Source of the DNA: Squalus acanthias
Taxonomy: Eukaryota
Direction: 5' to 3'
Length of the DNA: 64,000 nt
Assembly (NCBI GenBank): GCA_030390025.1
Contig: JASTWF010000360.1
Coordinates: forward strand, 124,001-188,000
Each line of letters opens with the position of its first letter. Position 1 is the first letter of the stretch. The notes under the pieces were generated by a model, which saw only the letters and a program-made list of their open reading frames with translations, searched no databases and was not told the origin of the DNA. The translations under genes were made by a program, and so were the position numbers. This document shows positions 23,701 through 31,600 of the stretch, one piece after another.

Positions 23701-25218
23701 GGCAGCTACCTCCAGGAAAAACTCCTTCCCCCCATCTATGGCCCCTAAGGCTGGCGCGGTCTGCAGATCCCTTTTTAACTTCTCGAAGGCTGCTTGGCAG
23801 CCCTCGTCCCAAAGCCACTCTACTCCCTTATGGAGGAGTCGGAGGAGCGGCGCCGCTGTGGCCGCATAATCCTCGATAAAATCCCTGCAGTAACCGGTCA
23901 GTCCCAAGAAGGACCTCACACCCCTTACGTTGTTGGGAATCGGTAATTCTTGCACCGACTCCCTCCTTGCTTTGTCTATGGCTCTTTCCCCAGCGCGTAG
24001 GGTCAGTCCCAGGAATTTTACTTCCTGCTGACCGATACGTGCTTTCTTTGGGTTTACTTTAAAACCCTTTCTCGCTAACAGCTCCAATAACTCGTCCAGT
24101 AGTGGTCCGTGCTCCTCCCTTGAGTCCGTAAATAGGAGCAAATCATCCACATACTGTACTATCTGATTGGGCTGACTAAACTCCTTTAAACTTCCTGCCA
24201 TACACTGGTGAAAAATACTGGGGCTATTGTGGAAACCCTGTGGCAAGCAGTTCCACGTGTACTGTTGCCCTTTAAACGTAAAGGCAAACTTGTACTGGTC
24301 CTCTCGCCGCAGCGGGATGGACCAAAAACCGTTCGAGATATCCAGCACCGTGAACGTGGTCGCGGACGCTGGGATGCTCCCTATTAGGTCAGCAACTGCT
24401 GCTACTGTGGGCGCGCAGGCGGGGATGTTACTGTTAAGGACTCTGTAGTCCACCGTGGCTCTCCACGAATTATCCGGCTTCCTAACCGGCCATAATGGGG
24501 AGTTCACGTGTGTGGCTATCGGCCTCAACACGCCCTGCTGCACCAAGGAAGACATTGCTGCCTCCATATCGGGTTCTGCTTCTTTGGGGAAGTTATACTG
24601 CTTTTGGGGTCGGGTCATGGGGTCCCCATCTACGCTGACCTCAAACCCGACCACCCTCCCACAATCGTGCTTGTGGGTTGCAAACGCGTGCATATTATCT
24701 GTCACGTACGTTTGCATGTCCGTTGGGACATCTGCGACCATAAGCCTGAGGTCGTAGCCTCCGGATGGCTGTACGGTACACAGGACCCCTGTTTCTTCCT
24801 CCCCTTGAATTACCATTACCTCGCCTTTTTCACCTTTAGCCCCCCAGAGACAGTGATTTCTGAGGTCCACGAGGATCCCGTGTCCCGCTAGCAGATCGGA
24901 CCCGAGAATACCTCTTCCACCCCCCTTTTGCCATGCCATCAGTATACACTTCCACTTAAGGCGAAGTGTCCCTAAACGAATGGATAGCGGGAGGGAAAAC
25001 GTGCCAGCCTGTTCTTTCCCTGTGAACCCTGCTAGCGTGAATGGGACCTTGGTAGATAGCGGCGAGTCAAAAGGGTCATCTGTATGGATTATGGTGCAAG
25101 AAGCTCCCGTGTCCAACAAATAACTGCCCTTTTGTTTCTCTACCTCCATCTCCACCACAGGTCGCCTCCACGCATCATAGCTGAGCGGACACAGGTAGAC
25201 GGGCTGTGCTGGTTCTAG
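20716..25218 (-). CDS. pol: Pol polyprotein (PR-RT-tether-RNase H-IN-C-terminal extension), in frame with gag via stop readthrough
   Basis: PR YLLDTGAS...ILGSDLL; RT PLWPVRKPD, LDISNGFW, LPQGFHNSP, YVDD; degenerate RH; RH YVDGSS/AQQAEL/SDS/KVKAH/GNRQAD; IN HHCC, QIDYIGP, SDQGSHF, SSGIVERMN, GPY. The frame is open from the codon right after the gag TGA. Confidence 0.95.
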   Translation of the reverse strand, partial: LEPAQPVYLCPLSYDAWRRPVVEMEVEKQKGSYLLDTGASCTIIHTDDPFDSPLSTKVPFTLAGFTGKEQAGTFSLPLSIRLGTLRLKWKCILMAWQKGGGRGILGSDLLAGHGILVDLRNHCLWGAKGEKGEVMVIQGEEETGVLCTVQPSGGYDLRLMVADVPTDMQTYVTDNMHAFATHKHDCGRVVGFEVSVDGDPMTRPQKQYNFPKEAEPDMEAAMSSLVQQGVLRPIATHVNSPLWPVRKPDNSWRATVDYRVLNSNIPACAPTVAAVADLIGSIPASATTFTVLDISNGFWSIPLRREDQYKFAFTFKGQQYTWNCLPQGFHNSPSIFHQCMAGSLKEFSQPNQIVQYVDDLLLFTDSREEHGPLLDELLELLARKGFKVNPKKARIGQQEVKFLGLTLRAGERAIDKARRESVQELPIPNNVRGVRSFLGLTGYCRDFIEDYAATAAPLLRLLHKGVEWLWDEGCQAAFEKLKRDLQTAPALGAIDGGKEFFLEVAASGDSLSAVLLQERHGKLRPVVYSSRVLTDVERSFSNCERHLLATHWAVKRSAIFTGLSPITLLTHHTPTKMLLDGRIKDGTVSSARIARWTLLLSQLDIRVKGLCEPRLAANLVYPGTAHRCSVEGVWDVNIGLRAGIHPTGREIYVDGSSTVSAGERLTGCGVYDPAADLALAIKLPSTMSAQQAELSAVVYVVTHPDIFPTPYTICSDSMFTCNSCTEYLAIWSRRGYTSADGRPLTVKPLLEKILAAAVGEEGEIFIHKVKAHSSTEPRGEGNRQADALAREGARDGTFWNPYRTGPIAAVRGGDGNTGNTRVALPLDLKTVQAQDPALKAVLKTIAEGRQVEGPYSTATLSVKEGMLFREEQWVVPQQHRREFLQLAHEGPGAGHPGPEVTWQRVEQAGWWPGLREQVREFCANCLVCAANNPDPQKRKVPMGHVRRVEGPWQSIQIDYIGPLPTTQGGYKYCLVLVDVFSKWVEAFPCRTATALGTAKILVREVFSRWGLPRFVESDQGSHFTGQVMQNTLMLLGIEGKWHVAHNPQSSGIVERMNRTLKEKLRKETRNSPQKWAEVLPLVLMGVRASQSKSTGYSPHEVMTGRLMRTPTHVLAPVLTEGQLQEISRDKFAQTLLERLKQVYEQAAGNMGRQHQGNRLLLEPRKTREWEVGDQVMVRNYARVGSLEPLYMGPYNIVDKASPMVYAVKVPRRTKWFHINQCKLYQPGAQGKTTGVNPANGKTQPQVGPQGTQAGVAACIRGRDIPDDHAAFFWSWGLDDEDPRVPWSDEDSADEHSDDDGWFLRNGLGGLGPLGRDPYGVDTQAAGPDSRRKELEEAGPAAMWFPEVWPPALNVQSSGEAEFTSEGPPAGPSRAGPRTASPEVREAESAEAGLAPVMEPQVIPLKVSGPGPSVTEPPPIAIPRRSSRVPQPRKMWSGPQAAPGRKFQVKITRVETGHIEAVTGCGRSEERVSAATGCGRSEGRVSALPPSGRARSSLLRI

Positions 25219-27030
25219 TCATGGGGCACTATTAGACGGTCCTGCGGCACCTACGGGGCCGGTTGCGACCGCCACCTGTCCACGCGCATTCAAAACCATC
25301 TTGCGCATGACTCCTAACACTGCTTCGAGGTCTTCGGGAGAGGTGGGTGCCTTTGCTTCCTTAGCCGGGACAGGCGCCTGGGTTCGGACCGCGGGATTTT
25401 TATCCTTGGAATCCTTCCAAGGGTTCCTGCAGTGCTTGCGCCAGTGCCCTGTCTTCCCACACCCGTAACAGGCATTACTTGCCTGTGGGGCGCGATTACC
25501 CTCCTGATGCCACTCTCTTTGAGTCGGGGCTGCGGGTCGTACCTCATGTACTCTTCCCTTAAAGGGACGTGTCGTCATACCCCTTATGTTACGGTAACCT
25601 AACGTGAGTCGATTCAAGACCGACTCTTCCGTAAGGTTGAGGTCATTGGGATCGAACCAGGCTTTTGCCTGCTCTCTAACGGCTGGTAAACTGTTGGCTA
25701 TTATGCACCTAAGCCAATGAATTAAAGCGGCGCCTTCCACATCTTCGCGCTCGGGCGCACCTAGACAGCTGCGCTCATATACTGGCCACAGCCTGTCGGC
25801 AAAAACCTTCGGGGGTTCTCCCTCCATCTGCACTGTCTGTCCCACTCTAGCAAACGGACCTCCGTCGTTCGCTCCCACTACTTCTAGGACCTCATTTTTC
25901 AATTCCTCATAACTTTTATTACCCCTCTTGCTATCGCCTGAGAGACACTGAAGGACCGAGCTATCTAATGAGAACAGCAGCATTTTTGCTGTCTCCCCAT
26001 CATCGCAGCCGTTGATGGCTGCGGCTTGCTCAACTTCCCTGAAATGTACGGAAGGGTCGTCTATCTCGGTCAGCTTCCTTACGTGGTTTATCATGGCCCT
26101 CAGCTGATGTGAACTGTGAGGCAACACCAGCTGTCCGAGGAGATCCCCCGGTTCTTCCCCACCGTTTCTGCTTGGGCCCCTTTTAATCCCCGTTACTGGA
26201 TACAACGATCCCTTTTCTACCTCCTTTTCAACGGGCTCTTTTGCTTCTTCCGTTGCTTCCTCCCTAACCCAGGTTTCTGAATAGCTGGGTGGCGCGGAGG
26301 GCGCACTGGCTACTACTTCTTCTGCTTTACTTGGTGGGGAATTTCTAAATCTCTCATTTACTAGCGGCTGGCGTGCCGACGGATTAATAAGGCACACCAT
26401 GCCGTTCGCATTATTCACGGCCCTTTTGAGGCTCTCTATCTCTTTTTCGCAGGCGCTATGGTCGGCTCCCTGAAACTTATCCTCAAGGGCCAACTTATAC
26501 GCCGACCTAACCCCCATTAAGCTCTCTTCTTGAGTTCTTATCTGGGCAGCTTGACGGTTACATCTTTCCTTCATCCTACTCTCGTTTAATTTTGCTTCAG
26601 TGATCTGGCACTCGAGATACTCTACCCTTGTTTTAAGGTAACTGGAGACTTCCTGGCTTTCCTGGCGTAACTCATTTAAACTCTTAATGAGCGCCTCCCC
26701 TCCAGAAACCTTCTCCTCCATTTCCTCCTCTAGATGCTTGATTCGAGCGGTTAGCGCTGTATTGGTCTGGTTTGAAATCTGAACCTGCCTTTTGTAGCAC
26801 ATAAGCCAGACTGCTTTCTCAACTGCCTTTTTATGCTCCTTACTATCCGTCCACCTTTCAGCTGCCTCTAGTGGGCTCTTATCCGCTAACAATTCGCTTA
26901 TCCACTTTTTCGTTAGATTAACCTTTCCAAATACGTAATCCGCTATCTTTTCCTGCATCACATTTCGTACAGTCATTCCAAAATCTAACACACTACCCTC
27001 TCGCTGCCAGTATCCTGCCGCGGTCGCCAT
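25219..27030 (-). CDS. gag: Gag polyprotein, 603 aa
   Basis: ATG start; N-terminal coiled-coil-like region, PSAPPSY late motifs, MHR-like QMEGEPPKVFADRL, zinc knuckle CYGCGKTGHWRKHC. Confidence 0.92.
   Translation of the reverse strand: MATAAGYWQREGSVLDFGMTVRNVMQEKIADYVFGKVNLTKKWISELLADKSPLEAAERWTDSKEHKKAVEKAVWLMCYKRQVQISNQTNTALTARIKHLEEEMEEKVSGGEALIKSLNELRQESQEVSSYLKTRVEYLECQITEAKLNESRMKERCNRQAAQIRTQEESLMGVRSAYKLALEDKFQGADHSACEKEIESLKRAVNNANGMVCLINPSARQPLVNERFRNSPPSKAEEVVASAPSAPPSYSETWVREEATEEAKEPVEKEVEKGSLYPVTGIKRGPSRNGGEEPGDLLGQLVLPHSSHQLRAMINHVRKLTEIDDPSVHFREVEQAAAINGCDDGETAKMLLFSLDSSVLQCLSGDSKRGNKSYEELKNEVLEVVGANDGGPFARVGQTVQMEGEPPKVFADRLWPVYERSCLGAPEREDVEGAALIHWLRCIIANSLPAVREQAKAWFDPNDLNLTEESVLNRLTLGYRNIRGMTTRPFKGRVHEVRPAAPTQREWHQEGNRAPQASNACYGCGKTGHWRKHCRNPWKDSKDKNPAVRTQAPVPAKEAKAPTSPEDLEAVLGVMRKMVLNARGQVAVATGPVGAAGPSNSAP
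27012..27029 (-). promoter_or_regulatory. Primer binding site, tRNA-Ser-like, overlapping the gag start codon
   Basis: TGGCGACCGCGGCAGGAT begins 5 nt after the 5' LTR; 14/18 match to the complement of the vertebrate tRNA-Ser(AGA) 3' end as I recall it (TGGCGTAGTCGGCAGGAT). Confidence 0.65.
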
Positions 27031-27034
27031 TTTC

Positions 27035-28629
27035 TGTAAGGGATTCTCTCCTGACCCTGCGTGTCTCGTAGCCTGTGAGATTCACGCGGCTCTGTGCAGC
27101 CTGTATGTCAGTGCGGGTCTAGGCCTGGTCTCCAGCCAGTCTGGGAACACTAGACACCCCTGTGAGTGGTTCGAATCACTCTCCCTTACGGTTCTAGACA
27201 CTGGACTTAGATGCGAGAGCAGTAATGGAGATAAAACTCATGTAGACTTGGTTTGAACGGTACGAAATGGAAAATCTTTATTGCATGATACTTAAAATTA
27301 TGAAATACATGTCATATGCACAGATTAATGACAGTACAATCTTACAAACAGTTATAATCACTCTTAGGGAAACGAGGAACGACCAGCACAACGTAAATAG
27401 GGCACACATTACAAATATCCTTAATCTTTAAACCCTCCCCTATCAATGTCTATCCTAAACTAGCTTCGTAGGATCCCGAGACTCATGCTCACCACTCGTA
27501 ATAACTCGGAGAAATCCCGAATAGCTGATCGGATGTTTTTCACCGCAGCACCCACGTGTTGGTCAGGAGATCTCCTGGTCCCACTTGTTTACTGCTTCTG
27601 CTGCTCGGTCAGTCGGCTGGACCGTCCGCTGTAGTGAAGACCTCTGTTGGTTGGATACAAGGTATGGTGGAGCACCGTTGTCAATATCGCTGATACGATG
27701 TGTTTGCACAGTCCAGTTATCGTCGATGCAATATGTCTTGTTAAAGAAGAAAAACTTCCTGTCGAGAAGACTTGGCTGATCGACCTACAGGCGCGGTCGG
27801 GATCTACTGACCGTGGCGATGGATAAGGTCTTCTTCTCTTCTCCTCTCATCTCATCTCATCTCATCTCATCTCATCCCGGGCCTTCGGTTCCGCTGCCAG
27901 CTACCAACATAGGTCTTTGCAACAGTCTTTTACACAGGAGCAGCCACGATGATAACAGCAACAAGCGGCAAGAGTCAAGAACACGAGGCAAGAGCAAGAG
28001 CAAGAGAGAGAATGGACGGTTTGGGGCCTGCAATTATAGTGCACAGTTCTTCCGTTTCCCGCCCAACTACAATGTCCATTCTTTTGTTTAAGGTTTGGCG
28101 CCCAAAATGTCCTGTATGGGTGATCTCTGTCCTTAATGGGTTTCGGGGCTACTCCTGAATGTTTGAGTACCTGTTAATATTTCTCCCATTGTTAAATCGG
28201 TCGGTGTTCCCCCTGGAGGGGTTTGGGGCTTCCAAGTGTCCTGTATAACTACCTGCTAACGGCTCTCTCATCGTAGAGCCGTTGGGAGTTTACATATTAA
28301 TGTCCTTTGGATGGGCCCTTGATGGCTTTCCTTTGTACCTGGGAGACCGATTCCAGTATCGATGTTTATACTGTAAACCCATAATGTCCTGTGTATTGTC
28401 TTCACTGTGCTGAATCGTTATCGATCTTGCAAGAATGTTTATTGGAACGCCATCTTGTCTGCCTGCTGAAAAGTCTAGAATGTTCTGTCACGCGGTGCGG
28501 CGGCCATTTTACAGGCTGCTTGTGTCCAATTTAAACCTGACAGCATTCCGCTGAAATAAAAGCTGTTTTGAACGAAACTTTGTGTTTTCTCCTTATTAAA
28601 ATGAAATCGCGATAATTGCGAATTCTACA
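27035..28629 (-). repeat. 5' LTR (1595 bp)
   Basis: Direct repeat of 16052-17646; no difference found by eye, and the ORF track gives identical peptides at a constant offset of 10983. Confidence 0.97.
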
Positions 28630-31600
28630 CAATGTACTGATTGGGCAGCACTGAGAGAAGGACAGGCTCACAATGTACTGATTGGGCATCACTGAGAGAG
28701 GGACAGGCTCACAATGTACTGATTGGGCAGCACTGAGAGTGGGACAGACTCACAATGTGCTGATTGGGTATCACTGAGAGAGGGACAGACTTACAATGTA
28801 CTGATTGGACAGCACTGAGAGAGGGACAGGCTCACAATGTACTGATTGACCAGCACTGACAGAGGGACAGACTCACAATGTACTGATTGGGCATCACTGA
28901 GAGAGGGACAGACTCACAATGTACTGATTGGGCATCACTGAGAGAGGGACAGACTCACAATGTACTGATTGGGATGCACTGAGAGAGGGACAGGCTCACA
29001 ATGTACTGATTGACCAGCACTGAGAGAGGGACAGACTCACAAAGTACTGATTGACCAGCACTGAGAGAGGGACAGGCTCACAATGTACTGATTGGGCAGC
29101 ACTGAGAGAGGGACAGGCTCACAATGTACTGATTGGGCAGCACTGAGAGAGGGACAGGCTCACAATGTACTGATGGGGCATCATTGAGAGAGGGACAGGC
29201 TCACAATGTACTGATTGGGCAGCACTGAGAGAGGGACAGACTCACAATGTACTGATTGGGCAGCACTGAGAGGGGGACAGGCTCACAATGTACTGATTGA
29301 CCAGCACTGAGAGAGGGACAGGCTCACAATGTACTGATTGGGCATCACTGAGAGGGGGACAGGCTCACAATGTACTGATTGGGCAGCACTGAGAGAGGGA
29401 CGGACTCACAATGTACTGATTGACCAGCACTGAGAGAGGGACAGGCTCACAATGCACTGATTGGGCATCACTGAGAGAGGGACAGTCTCACAATGTGCTG
29501 ATTGGGTATCACTGAGAGAGGGACAGACTCACAATGTACTGATTGGACAGCAATGAGAGAGGGACAGGCTCACAATGTCCTGATTGACCAGCACTGAGAG
29601 AGGGACAGACTCACAATGTACTGATTGGCATCACTGAGAGAGGGACAGGCTCACAATGTACTGATTGGGCATCACTGAGAGAGAGGGACAGACTCACAAT
29701 GTACTGATTGGGCAGCACTGAGAGGGGGACAGGCTCACAATGTACTGATTGGGTAGCACTGAGAGAGGGACAGGCTCACAATGTACTGATTGGGCAGCAC
29801 TGAGAGAGGGACAGACTCACAATGTACTGATTGGGCATCACTGAGAGAGGGACAGACTCACAATGTACTGATTGGGCAGCACTGAGAGGGGGACAGGCTC
29901 ACAATGTACTGATTGGGTAGCACTGAGAGAGGGACAGGCTCACAATGTACTGATTGGGCAGCACTGAGAGAGGGACAGACTCACAATGTACTGATTGGGC
30001 AGCACAGAGAGGGACAGACTCACAATGTACTGATTGGGCATCACTGAGAGAGGGACAGACTCACAATGTACTGATTGGGCAGCACAGAGCGGGACAGACT
30101 CACAATGTACTGATTGGGCAGCAGTGAGAGAGGGACAGGCTCACAATGTACTGATTGGGCAGCACTGAGAGTGGGACAGACTCACAATGTACTGATTGGG
30201 CACCACTGAGAGGGGGACAGGCTCACAATGTACTGATTGGGCAGCACTGAGAGGGGGACAGGCTCACAATGTACTGATTGGGCAGCACTGAGAGAGGGAC
30301 AGGCTCACAATGTACTGATTGATCAGCACCGAGAGAGGGTCAGGCTCACAATGTACTGATTGGGCAGCACTGAGAGAGGGACAGGCTCACAATGTACTGA
30401 TTGACCAGCACCGAGAGAGGGACAGGCTCACAATGTACTGATTGATCAGCACCGAGAGAGGGTCAGGCTCACAATGTACTGATTGGGCAGCACTGAGAGA
30501 GGGACAGGCTCACAATGTACTGATTGGGCAGCACTGAGAGAGGGTCAGGCTCACAATGTACTGATTGGGCAGCACTGAGAGAGGGACAGACTTACAATGT
30601 ACTGATTGGGCAGCACTGAGAGAGGGACAGGCTCACAATGTGCTGATTGGGCAGCACTGAGAGAGGGTCAACCTCACAATGTACTGATTGGGCAGCACTG
30701 AGAGAGGGACAGACTCACAATGTACTGATTGGGCAGCACTGAGAGAGGAACAGGCTCACAATGTATTGACTGACCAGCACTGAGAGAGGGACAGGCTCAC
30801 AATGTACTGATTGGGCAGCACTGAGAGAGAGACAGGCTCACAATGTACTGATTGGGCAGCACTGAGAGAGGGACAGACTCACAATGTACTGATTGGGAAG
30901 CACTGAGAGAGGGACAGGCTCACAATGTACTGATTGACCAGCACTGAGAGAGGGACAGACTCACAAAGTACTGATTGACCAGCACTGAGAGAGGGACAGG
31001 CTCACAATGTACTGATTGGGCAGCACTGAGAGAGGGACAGGCTCACAATGTACTGATTGGGCAGCACTGAGAGAGGGACAGGCTCACAATGTACTGATGG
31101 GGCATCATTGAGAGAGGGACAGGCTCACAATGTACTGATTGGGCAGCACTGAGAGAGGGACAGACTCACAATGTACTGATTGACCAGCACTGAGAGAGGG
31201 ACAGGCTCACAATGTACTGATTGGGCATCACTGAGAGGGGGACAGGCTCACAATGTACTGATTGGGCAGCACTGAGAGAGGGACGGACTCACAATGTACT
31301 GATTGACCAGCACTGAGAGAGGGACAGGCTCACAATGCACTGATTGGGCATCACTGAGAGAGGGACAGTCTCACAATGTGCTGATTGGGTATCACTGAGA
31401 GTGGGACAGACTCACAATGTACTGATTGGACAGCAATGAGAGAGGGACAGGCTCACAATGTCCTGATTGACCAGCACTGAGAGAGGGACAGACTCACAAT
31501 GTACTGATTGGGCATCACTGAGAGAGGGACAGGCTCACAATGTACTGATTGGGCATCACTGAGAGAGGGACAGACTCACAATGTACTGATTGGGCATCAC

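Larger units (their letters stand above)
16052..28629 (-). mobile_element. Full-length LTR provirus LTR-gag-pol-env-LTR (lokiretrovirus-like endogenous retrovirus)
   Basis: Two 1595-bp direct repeats with TGTA...TACA ends, 4-bp TSD CAAT (16048-16051 / 28630-28633), three long uninterrupted minus-strand ORFs, PBS and PPT. The structure is seen directly; the family label is inferred from domain architecture. Confidence 0.95.

Noticed and set aside
18377..25547. Alternative-frame and antisense ORFs within env/pol/gag (up to 154 aa)
   Set aside because: No motifs or expression signals; lengths are compatible with chance in GC-rich coding DNA. An accessory gene cannot be fully excluded without conservation data.
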